From assembly GCA_038064575.1 (NCBI GenBank), contig JBBTST010000001.1:35650-99649 (forward strand): a stretch of 64,000 bases of DNA. The letters are read 5' to 3'. The stretch is from Patescibacteria group bacterium (lineage in GTDB: Bacteria; Patescibacteriota; WWE3; UBA101185; 2-01-FULL-41-18). The notes beneath the pieces are model-generated. The model did not search any database, was not told the DNA's origin, and worked only from the letters and a program-made list of their open reading frames with translations. The number at the start of each line of letters is the position of its first letter. Positions within the stretch are counted from its first letter, which is position 1. Position numbers and translations under genes: made by a program. Positions 8,701 through 16,633 of the stretch are shown here, piece by piece.

Positions 8701-10395
8701 AAAATGATATTTTTCATAGGGGGGCTTTTCAGTCAATTTATAACTCCTGTAATCAGCAAAGAAGTAGGTGCTAAGGAAAAGACTTCAGGAACTTTTTTCA
8801 AAATACTAGTAAGTTCTGCATTCTTTTCAACAATCTTTTATATAGCACTTGGATTGTTTGGTTCAACAACAGCACCTATACTGCTTGGAAACAAGGTAAT
8901 TCCCGTTACAAAATACCTTCCTCTTTATGGTCTTGCTATGCTTGCTTTTTCAGTTGCCAATAATATAACCGGTTACTATCAGATTAAAAAAATTAACGTT
9001 TTCCCAACCATGAGCCTAATTATAGCCGTAATAGAGCTTGTCCTTTTGAGTAAGTTTAGTAAAGACTTGCAAAGCGTAGTTAACGTTATACTTTTAACAA
9101 GTTTTCTCCAGCTTTTTTGGGCAGTGACCTTTAGCTTGATTATTGAAAACTCTTCATCTATTAGGAAAAACATTGCCTATCTTTATGGATTGTTTGATAA
9201 GAGAACCCCCTCACACAACCCACTTTCCTTAAATATTTTAATTTTTAACTGGAGGGATACAAAACATGTATGGGCGGGTGGCGCAGAGACCTATGTGTTT
9301 GATTTGGCAAAAAACTTAGTGAATAAAGGGCACAAAGTTACAATTTTTTGTGGGAACGACCATAATAATAAAGATTTTGAAGTAATGGAAGGTGTTGAGA
9401 TTTATAGAAGAGGCGGATTTTACACAGTTTACCTATGGGCTGCTATTTACTATTTGACAAAATTTAGATCTAAATTTGACTTTGTAATAGACAGTGTGAA
9501 CGGGATTCCCTTCTTTTCCCCGCTTTATGTGGAAGCACAGAAAGCTGTACTAATACACCATGTACACCAAGAGTATTTCAGAAGGTTTGTAAGATTTCCC
9601 GTAAATCATATAGCTTCATTTGTTGAAAAGTATTTGTTCTCACTAATGTATAGAGATGTTCAAGTGATCACTGTTTCCGAGTCTTCAAAAAAGGACATAG
9701 TCAATATTTTAAATTTTAATGAAGACTCTATAGACATAGTTAACCCCGGAATTAATATAGTAGTAAATAAAAGGTTAAAAAAAACTAAACAACCAACAAT
9801 CACCTATGTTGGAAGGCTTAGACATTATAAAAACATAGATTTGCTTATAAGATCCTTTTCCCAAATTTTAAAAGAGTGGCCAAAAGCTACTCTAGAAATT
9901 GTGGGAGATGGAGAGGCATCAAAAAAATTAAAACTTCTCACAAAAGATTTGAATTTATCCAAAAAGGTGACCTTTCATGGAAAGGTTTCTGATGCTGACA
10001 GAAACAAGGTTTTGACAAAAGCGTGGGTAATGGTGCAACCTTCATCATTTGAAGGATGGGGAATAACCGTAATTGAAGCAAATGCCTGTGGAACTCCTGT
10101 TATTGCCTCTGATGTGGTTGGGCTTAGAGACTCGGTTATTGCCAATAGAACAGGTTTACTATTTAGATTAGAAGACCCAAATGGCCTTACAAATACCCTA
10201 AAAAAGATACTTAGGGATGAAGTATTAAGAAAAGTGCTTTCTGAGTCTGCCAGGCAGTGGTCAGAAAACTTTTCTTGGAGCCAAAAAGCTGACGCAGTGC
10301 AAAGCATCATTCTAAGAAAGATCAACACTAACTACCTACTTAAAACAGATAGTAATCTAGCAAAGATAAAAGTGGAGGTAACAGATGAACGTTAG
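5731..10395 (+). CDS. 1554-aa multi-module glycosyltransferase fusion: Dpm1-like GT2 + processive GT2 synthase + MOP/Wzx-like flippase region + GT4
   Basis: Module 1 (aa 1-230) has 'IIIPSRNEE' and 'AFIDADLQYPPE'. Module 2 (aa ~340-620) has 'IYDAEDQPEP', 'VTEDCDLG' and 'QRSRWIKG'. Aa ~620-1200 contain more than 12 hydrophobic spans with a Wzx-like start 'SGSFLVAAGLITNFLNYVYNAFLSRRVEVEDFGLISL'. The C-terminal module has 'EGWGITVIEANACGTPVIASDVVGLRDSV' (E-x7-E). Confidence 0.9.
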   Translation: MEKIDLSIIIPSRNEEGNVKPLYERLNKAFRNSKIEYEVLYIVDKSVDNTYEEASKYEQDERFIVHKKRGKPGKGYSIVEGCEYAKGEYVAFIDADLQYPPEALPEMYKIAKEHGVVVAKRITYKSTFLRRLGSRFNAFFFGKVLLGLDCDIQSGLKVFKRDVLQHLDLSTVGPWTFDIPLLHTSSELGYKIATYEIDFVDRYTGNSKVSFIKTGFGIASCALKTRLKKRAVYEIKPLNGGSIGAGMVFKKHRFVIHSKRPHHNSALHTFVFWQKLFIYCVITGASVGLYIDARVTAIMVFAVLNTLYFCDVIFNLIVILKSLHFPPELAFSAEEIKNIDESKLPKYTILCPLYKEVEILPHFVENVSKLDYPKNKLEVLLLLEEDDKDTQEIARLMHLPNYFRIVVVPHSQPKTKPKACNYGLHVASGELTVIYDAEDQPEPSQLKKAYLGFKNLPEKVVCLQAKLNYYNPSHNLLTRLFTAEYSLWFDVVLPGYQSINTAIPLGGTSNHFKTEMLKKLHGWDAFNVTEDCDLGVNLFKQGYKTAIIDSTTLEEANSDIKNWIRQRSRWIKGYMQTYLVHMRNPLELIKTYGWHSFIFHLVIGARMYFMLINPILWLMTFAYFALYAHVGPTIESLYPPAVFYMGAFSLVVGNFVALYNYMIGCAKRGHWNLIKFVYLVPLYWLLASIGAVMAFYQLLFKPHFWEKTHHGLHLKKARQLINLREVLINMQGVSIRAAKSGSFLVAAGLITNFLNYVYNAFLSRRVEVEDFGLISLVGSLFFIASIPLSALSRTITYKTAFLLGKFNLAPKTFWSNIRKIAFVFGIATTISWVLLIPYLMRYFNTTTPLPFLYFTPVWAIGILAAVDSGFISGNQKFNISAILIISEAIAKLAFTFLSLYLNNNDLIYAAIPVSLVVPFAIGWLYIVRQKVDQSKIKALNEALYFPKDFFLTSLFIKFSTVSSLSLDILIVKHILVAKDAGYYALIALVGKMIFFIGGLFSQFITPVISKEVGAKEKTSGTFFKILVSSAFFSTIFYIALGLFGSTTAPILLGNKVIPVTKYLPLYGLAMLAFSVANNITGYYQIKKINVFPTMSLIIAVIELVLLSKFSKDLQSVVNVILLTSFLQLFWAVTFSLIIENSSSIRKNIAYLYGLFDKRTPSHNPLSLNILIFNWRDTKHVWAGGAETYVFDLAKNLVNKGHKVTIFCGNDHNNKDFEVMEGVEIYRRGGFYTVYLWAAIYYLTKFRSKFDFVIDSVNGIPFFSPLYVEAQKAVLIHHVHQEYFRRFVRFPVNHIASFVEKYLFSLMYRDVQVITVSESSKKDIVNILNFNEDSIDIVNPGINIVVNKRLKKTKQPTITYVGRLRHYKNIDLLIRSFSQILKEWPKATLEIVGDGEASKKLKLLTKDLNLSKKVTFHGKVSDADRNKVLTKAWVMVQPSSFEGWGITVIEANACGTPVIASDVVGLRDSVIANRTGLLFRLEDPNGLTNTLKKILRDEVLRKVLSESARQWSENFSWSQKADAVQSIILRKINTNYLLKTDSNLAKIKVEVTDER

Positions 10396-11350
10396 AGCAA
10401 AAAAACTCAAAAATGAAAAGGCATTTGAAACCCTTGGTATCAAGGAGGTTTTTTTATACAAATTAAGAGATTTGATAAGTGGCCAAGCCGTCACAAAAGA
10501 ACCCCCCCATATACCTGATTTTAACCTTTTAGAGACAGTTAAACCGTTTGGGTCTGTAGGCAGCTATTTTATGGGAATATTTAGTAACACCAAAGAAGAG
10601 AAAGTTTTTGTAAAAACTTGGCGAGGAAACCACAAGGATTTAAACTACCTAACATTAATAAATGAAATAAGCTTCTATAAATTCTTTGAGAAAATGAGCA
10701 TTTCCCAAATAAAAACTCCAAAGATCAGGGCTATACATAATAAGTCATCAGAATTGTCAGTGGTATATGAATATATAGAAGGGAAAAAACTTGAAGAAAG
10801 CAGTACGGAACTAAAATTAAAAACTTATTGGGCAGTTATCAGCTTTCTTGACAACATTTCAGCAGATAAAAATTTGCTCATAAATTTTCCAAAAAGAACT
10901 TATTTTTCATATCTAGTTACTTTTTTACTAATACTTCCCTTAGCCCTAATAAATTATCCTTCAAAAGCGGCTAAGCTTATTAGTTCTGGAATTCTTTTTA
11001 CAAAGCTTATTACTATTAAAAATAATTTTCTTCCCTTAAGCTTATGCCATAGGGACTTAAATATGAGAAACATCCTAATTTCAAATAACACATCCTACCT
11101 CATAGACTTTCAATACACTCTCTTAACACTAAAAGAGTTTGAAATAGCCTCCACCATTAGAAGCCACATCAGGGAAAAGGAGTTTTTAGAAAAAATGCTA
11201 GCCAAAGTTAGAAACTCAAACAGTTTCAACACACAAATCTTAAGGCAAATGCTTATTTATTATGCAATTATGGGTCTTTGTGACAAACGCTTTAGAAAAG
11301 AAAGGGTAGAAGATTTTTTTGACTGTTTAAATTTGGCTTCTAACATATGA
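10385..11350 (+). CDS. protein-kinase-like fold phosphotransferase (Kdo/WaaP/APH-type catalytic loop)
   Basis: 'LCHRDLNMRNILISNNTSYLIDFQY' matches the HxDLxxxN catalytic loop and the (I/L)DF motif. It overlaps the upstream stop by 11 nt and the downstream start by ATGA. Confidence 0.55.
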   Translation: MNVRAKKLKNEKAFETLGIKEVFLYKLRDLISGQAVTKEPPHIPDFNLLETVKPFGSVGSYFMGIFSNTKEEKVFVKTWRGNHKDLNYLTLINEISFYKFFEKMSISQIKTPKIRAIHNKSSELSVVYEYIEGKKLEESSTELKLKTYWAVISFLDNISADKNLLINFPKRTYFSYLVTFLLILPLALINYPSKAAKLISSGILFTKLITIKNNFLPLSLCHRDLNMRNILISNNTSYLIDFQYTLLTLKEFEIASTIRSHIREKEFLEKMLAKVRNSNSFNTQILRQMLIYYAIMGLCDKRFRKERVEDFFDCLNLASNI

Positions 11351-14300
11351 TTAAAACTGTAACAATAGGCATACCAGCCTATAATGAAGAAAAAAACATT
11401 AAAACCCTTCTGGAATCCCTTTTAAACCAAAAGCAGGAGGGTTGGGACCTTGATAAGATAATAATTTATTCCGATGCAAGTACTGATAACACCAACTCTA
11501 TTGTTGGAGAATTCACAAATAAAAGCCTTGTCCTTATTAAAGGCGCAAAGAGAAAAGGGATGTGTTATGGCCAAAAAACAATAAGCAAAATCACAAATTC
11601 CGACTTTCTTGTTTTTATAAATGCTGATGTACTACCTCAAGATGAAAATCTCATTACTAATCTTATAAAAAATGCGGATGACAAAACAGGTGTAGTTGGA
11701 GGTAAAGTTGTCCCTGCCAAAGCAGAGGGCTTCATGGAAAAAGTTTATAAATTCAACCATGAACTCAAGACAGCCATTTATGAAGATCCAAAAATGAGCG
11801 GTTCAATTTATCTTTGCCATGGGAGAATCAAGTGCCTAACCAGACAAATGTATACCAAAACCAGATATGAAGATGTAACGGCAGAGGATGCCTTTTTATA
11901 TTTGGAGTGCAAAAGACTAGGCTTAAAGTTTGTGTATGCCAAGAATGCCACTGTCATTTTTAGATCCCCTACCCATCTAGGTGACTACTTTAAACAAAGT
12001 TCAAGATTCATTGCGGGAAAGAAGGATCTTTATAAGTACTTTGATAAAATTAAGGTTGATAAAAACTACTTAATTCCAAAATCTATACTTGTGAAAAATA
12101 TATTAAGAGGGTTTATCAGAAATCCAATTCTAACAAGCATTAATGCAGCAACGTTTGGATTAAGTAATTTAAAAGCTCTTTCTGGCAAAACCAGTAATAA
12201 TAAAATTTTGTGGGATATGTCTTACTCGTCAAAAAGACTTATGCTTTCCAACTTGGAGTCGCCAAAAAAACTCAAGCTTGATGTTATAACCAAGTTTTTT
12301 TATCCGGTTAACGCTGGCATTGAAATGAACACTTTAGAAACCTACTCATTGTTAAATAAGAGGGAATTTGATGTAACAATTCACACAACTAAAGATTCTC
12401 TAACTAAAAAAAATGAGTTCAGAGAGAGCGATAATATAAAAGGTTTACCTATCAAAAGATATAAAAGCGGTAAGGTAGGCTTTCTTCCTGCAATAGATCT
12501 TAATAAAACAGATATTTTATGCTTACACAATTTTAATATTCACCCAATGGTTTATTACTTATTCCTATCCTGGGTTAAAAAAGTTATAAGAAGAAGAAAC
12601 TACAAGGTAATTCTAACCCCTCATGGGGGTTTCACCCCTGAGTGGAGAGTTTTTCCTCTGCACATTAAAATCCCAAAATTGTTAATTCACCGGCTTATTG
12701 GTAACTATTTAATAAACAATGGGGCTGATGCAATCAGGGCTGTATCTGAATGGGAAAAAGAAGAGATGATAAAAGCGGGGGTGAGAAAAGATTTAATAGA
12801 GGTAATCTCAAACGGCCTAGAAAATGAGGCTTTTGAGGACATTGATCATCTTGCATCAACTAAAGTTAGAGAGGAAGTGGGAAGCCTTGGGAAATATATA
12901 ATTCAGGTAGGCAGAATATTTCCAATCAAAAACTATCAAACCACTATCAAAGCTCTTAAGCTTTTACCTGAAGATTTAAGCTTTGCGATTTTGGGTCCTA
13001 TTGGAGATGATAACTATTTCCAAAAGTTGAAAGACTTAACAAAAACTCTTGGAGTGGAACAAAGAGTAAAGTTTCTTGGAGAAGCAAGAGGAATTGATAA
13101 ATACTATCTAATCAAAAAGTCCATAGCCATGGTACACATGGCAATTTGGGAAAGCTTTTGCAATGTAGTTCATGAAGCTATGAGTCAGGGTGTTATCTGT
13201 CTTGTAGCTAAAAACACAGCATTACCCTATCTTATAAAGGATAAAATTAATGGCTTTTGCATACCAACCCGGGACAGTAAAAAATTGGCAGACAGAATTA
13301 ATTTCATCTTAGACAGCAAAAATACATTCGTTGTAGACAAAATTAAAAAAACAAACCTGGAAACTGCTAGAGATCATTCATGGTCAAACACCTCACATAA
13401 AATGGGTGAGCTCTATAATGATACTTTTCTTGGAAAAAGGACTCATCAGGGATCATTCCTATTCAGTTTTCTGTTTTTTTTGACTGTGGCTGTTATTCTA
13501 GCCTCCTCGGTTAGAGGTATTCATGGAAACCCTTCTATAAATGACCTGAATTCAAAAAAATGGACGGATAAGGGCCCTCTTGAACTGTCACCTGAAAGAG
13601 GAAGATTTGCCCTAACATATTCACTGGTGGAAGAAAAGTCCTTCACATTTTCAGTTCCGGTGGCAAGATTTGCGACTCCTGATCTAGGTTTCAAAAACGG
13701 TAAATATGTCTCTATTTTTGCCCCGGGTATATCAGCTCTTGTAATCCCAGGCTACCTTTTTGGAAGATATCTTGGTGCTTCTCAATATGGAACTTTTCTT
13801 ATTATAGCTTTTTTTTCACTGCTTAATGCTGTCTTGATTAAAAAAATAACCAGAGAGTTGGGGGGTGGAGAAAGCGCTTCTTTTATAGCTGCACTAACTT
13901 ACCTCTTTGCAACTCCGGCCTTTGCATATGCTGTAAGTTTATACCAACACCATGTATCAGTCTTTCTCATATTATCCTCAATTTATATTATCTTAACTAA
14001 AAAGAGCAACTGGTGGTTACTAGTAATTTGGTTTTTATTTACCTTATCAATACCTATAGATTATCCAAATCTATTTCTTATGCTTCCTATCATGCTTGTG
14101 GCAGCAGAAAGGATAATTTATATAAAAAAGGAAGAGAAAAAAATAAAGATTACTTTTAAGACACTTGCTTCTTTGACTTTAATTTCCGCGCTAATACCTG
14201 TGGTAATGTTTCTTTGGTACAACAAGATGACTTATGGAAACCCCTTCCAGTTGGCAGGGACCGTAAGCCACATTCAGGCTATAGATGCCTCAGGCAACCC

Positions 14301-14994
14301 AACACTTTCAAGCTCTTCAAATAGCCAACAAACTCTTGATCTTAACAGAAGAAGGTCAGCTCTTAATTTTTTTAAAACAAGACATGAATTAAATGGTTTT
14401 TATGTATTTTTCCTGAGTAAAGATAGGGGTTTACCTTATTACACACCTATCAGCCTGCTTGCTTTAATAGCTCTTCCTTTTTTTATAAAGCGCAACCAAA
14501 AGATTGGGGCTGTATTTTTTTCAATTGTGGCAATTAATATCCTTCTATACTCAATGAGAGGAGATGTATGGGGTGGCTGGGCATTTGGAGCAAGATATCT
14601 TATACCTTCTTATGCTATTCTTTCAATAGTTCTTGGTGTTTATCTTTCTGGGAACAGAAACAAATTTGTTCTACTTTTTGTAACTTGTCTTTTTGCTTAT
14701 TCTTCCTATGTAAATACAATAGGCGCCTTAACTTCAAATGCTATTCCTCCTCAGGTTGAGGTTCTGGCACTGGAAAAACTTTCCGGCAGGGAAGAAAAAT
14801 ACACATTTCATAGAAGTCTGGATTTACTAAAGGCTAATTCATCAAAATCTTATATATATAATTCTTATTTGAAAGATAAACTTTCCGCCTTAGAGTATTT
14901 TAAGATTGTGCTTTTCTCAATTTACACACTATTTACAATTGTGATGCTAAAACAACTTTTTAAAAAGAAAGATGTATATGAGAGGCTTAATTGA
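11347..14994 (+). CDS. 1215-aa fusion: GT2 + GT4 + C-terminal GT-C-like polytopic membrane glycosyltransferase domain
   Basis: N-terminus 'IGIPAYNEEKNIKTLLESLLNQ' and 'FINADVLPQDE' (GT2). The middle region 'HEAMSQGVICLVAKNTALPYLIKDKINGF' is GT4-like. The C-terminal ~500 aa have more than 10 TM spans with 'YVSIFAPGISALVIPGYLFGRYLG' (ArnT/PMT-like). Confidence 0.85.
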   Translation: MIKTVTIGIPAYNEEKNIKTLLESLLNQKQEGWDLDKIIIYSDASTDNTNSIVGEFTNKSLVLIKGAKRKGMCYGQKTISKITNSDFLVFINADVLPQDENLITNLIKNADDKTGVVGGKVVPAKAEGFMEKVYKFNHELKTAIYEDPKMSGSIYLCHGRIKCLTRQMYTKTRYEDVTAEDAFLYLECKRLGLKFVYAKNATVIFRSPTHLGDYFKQSSRFIAGKKDLYKYFDKIKVDKNYLIPKSILVKNILRGFIRNPILTSINAATFGLSNLKALSGKTSNNKILWDMSYSSKRLMLSNLESPKKLKLDVITKFFYPVNAGIEMNTLETYSLLNKREFDVTIHTTKDSLTKKNEFRESDNIKGLPIKRYKSGKVGFLPAIDLNKTDILCLHNFNIHPMVYYLFLSWVKKVIRRRNYKVILTPHGGFTPEWRVFPLHIKIPKLLIHRLIGNYLINNGADAIRAVSEWEKEEMIKAGVRKDLIEVISNGLENEAFEDIDHLASTKVREEVGSLGKYIIQVGRIFPIKNYQTTIKALKLLPEDLSFAILGPIGDDNYFQKLKDLTKTLGVEQRVKFLGEARGIDKYYLIKKSIAMVHMAIWESFCNVVHEAMSQGVICLVAKNTALPYLIKDKINGFCIPTRDSKKLADRINFILDSKNTFVVDKIKKTNLETARDHSWSNTSHKMGELYNDTFLGKRTHQGSFLFSFLFFLTVAVILASSVRGIHGNPSINDLNSKKWTDKGPLELSPERGRFALTYSLVEEKSFTFSVPVARFATPDLGFKNGKYVSIFAPGISALVIPGYLFGRYLGASQYGTFLIIAFFSLLNAVLIKKITRELGGGESASFIAALTYLFATPAFAYAVSLYQHHVSVFLILSSIYIILTKKSNWWLLVIWFLFTLSIPIDYPNLFLMLPIMLVAAERIIYIKKEEKKIKITFKTLASLTLISALIPVVMFLWYNKMTYGNPFQLAGTVSHIQAIDASGNPTLSSSSNSQQTLDLNRRRSALNFFKTRHELNGFYVFFLSKDRGLPYYTPISLLALIALPFFIKRNQKIGAVFFSIVAINILLYSMRGDVWGGWAFGARYLIPSYAILSIVLGVYLSGNRNKFVLLFVTCLFAYSSYVNTIGALTSNAIPPQVEVLALEKLSGREEKYTFHRSLDLLKANSSKSYIYNSYLKDKLSALEYFKIVLFSIYTLFTIVMLKQLFKKKDVYERLN

Positions 14995-16612
14995 CAAAAT
15001 CTTAACAATTGAACTATCACTAGATGCTTCCGTTCCAGAAAGATTTTTCAGACCTTTAGAGAAACATTTGTTTCTGCTAGTTTGTATTGTGCTGTCCCTA
15101 ATTTCTATTTCAAGTTTTTATTATTTTCATGAAAATAACTTAACTCTTGCTTATAATGACGCCAGATCACATCTCAATATTGGAAGAAGAGTTGTAGAAG
15201 GGCTTAAGCCTGGTATTGCTCAATTAGGCTCTGTTTGGCTGCCATTACCTCATGTTCTAATGATTCCAACCATTTGGAATGACTTCATGTGGCACACTGG
15301 ACTAGCAGGGGCATCCGTCAACATGATTGCCTTTGTAATAACGGGAATGTTTATTTTCTTATACCTTAAGGAACTCAAAGTTGGAACTTTGGGAAAAGTT
15401 AGTGCAGTACTAGTCTTTATTCTAAACATAAACATTTTATATCTTCAATCCACTGCAATGACTGAATTACTCCTTATTTTGACCATGACAGCCTCTTGCT
15501 ATGAGATGATGCAATATTTTAAAAAAGATGACATCCTGCATCTTATAAGAGGCGCCTTTTGGATAATGCTCACCACACTTACCAGATACGACGGGTGGTT
15601 TTTACTTGCAGTTTCTTCCTTTTTGATTGCATTAAAAACTCTCAGAAAAAGAGACTATAAAACCACTGAGGGAACATTACTTCTTTTTTGTACTCTGGCA
15701 GGTCTTGGGGTTGTCATGTGGTTTGCATGGAACCTCCTGATTTTTAAGGATCCCTTTTATTTTGCTTTTGGCCCTTTCTCCGCAAAAGCCCAGCAGGATC
15801 AAATTGAAAGTTCAGGTATGCTAATAACAAAAGGGGATTGGTTTCAATCCTTCAAATTTTATCTGTACGCGCTAATGTTTAATTCCGGTGCCTTTCAAAC
15901 CCTTTTAACATTTTTTGGCTTTTTTATTTTGTGGAAAGATAAAAAAGTTATAGCTGACATAAAAATGTCTTCAGTTCTGCTACTTTCACCCCTAATATTT
16001 AACATACTCGCTCTTTACTTAGGCCACTCAGTTCTTTTTATCCAAGGTTTATCAGGAAACACTTGGTTTAATGTAAGATATGGAGTTTTGTTAGCCCCTA
16101 CAATTGCAATAATAATAGGCTTTACTATAGACAGGCTAAAGGCTGTAAGACTGCCTTTGATAGGATTATTGACCTTGGTTACATTCTTTTCATTTACAAG
16201 CTTTGATGCAGTTACCATTGATGATGCACGTGTAGGTTCTAGCCAAAAAAATGTGGCAGAAGTTAGTGGTTGGTTAAGTGAACACGCAAAAAATGAGAAG
16301 GGTTTTATTCTTATTTCCGCAGCGTCTCATGATGCCATAATTTTTTCTTCAGGGCTTCCTATGAAACGCTTTATACATGAAGGAACAGGCCTCTACTGGG
16401 AATCAGCAACAAGCCTACCTGACAGATGGGCAAGATGGATAATAATGCGTACTCATGATGATAACGATTTAACATTTAAACTTGTCAAATTAACCCCTGG
16501 TCTTGAGAGATATAATAAAGTGGGTTCCTTCCCTTTTGCGGACATCTATGAAATCAAACCTGAGTATGTATCACAACTAAACACTGAACCCATATTAGGA
16601 AAGCAAAAATAG
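14972..16612 (+). CDS. polytopic membrane protein, GT-C-fold glycosyltransferase-like
   Basis: 546 aa with about 12 TM segments and a C-terminal soluble region. It overlaps the upstream gene by 23 nt. The fold assignment comes from topology and context only. Confidence 0.5.
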   Translation: MYMRGLIDKILTIELSLDASVPERFFRPLEKHLFLLVCIVLSLISISSFYYFHENNLTLAYNDARSHLNIGRRVVEGLKPGIAQLGSVWLPLPHVLMIPTIWNDFMWHTGLAGASVNMIAFVITGMFIFLYLKELKVGTLGKVSAVLVFILNINILYLQSTAMTELLLILTMTASCYEMMQYFKKDDILHLIRGAFWIMLTTLTRYDGWFLLAVSSFLIALKTLRKRDYKTTEGTLLLFCTLAGLGVVMWFAWNLLIFKDPFYFAFGPFSAKAQQDQIESSGMLITKGDWFQSFKFYLYALMFNSGAFQTLLTFFGFFILWKDKKVIADIKMSSVLLLSPLIFNILALYLGHSVLFIQGLSGNTWFNVRYGVLLAPTIAIIIGFTIDRLKAVRLPLIGLLTLVTFFSFTSFDAVTIDDARVGSSQKNVAEVSGWLSEHAKNEKGFILISAASHDAIIFSSGLPMKRFIHEGTGLYWESATSLPDRWARWIIMRTHDDNDLTFKLVKLTPGLERYNKVGSFPFADIYEIKPEYVSQLNTEPILGKQK

Positions 16613-16633
16613 ATTTTACGGTATAATCATTTG

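Noticed and set aside
5481-10328. Minus-strand ORFs 5481-5876, 5827-6072, 6099-6281, 7218-7445, 7995-8213, 8979-9173 and 9975-10328 within or over the 1554-aa GT gene.
   Set aside because: They are antisense to an uninterrupted 4.6-kb ORF with clear GT motifs. They have no domain content and are shadow ORFs.
14568-14759. 63-aa Cys-rich ORF on the plus strand.
   Set aside because: It is out of frame inside the C-terminal GT-C domain of the 1215-aa gene.
16622-16627. TATAAT hexamer 7 nt upstream of the hydrolase start.
   Set aside because: It is too close to the start codon for a conventional promoter. The 21-nt gap from the preceding gene fits operon read-through, so it is probably chance in AT-rich DNA.
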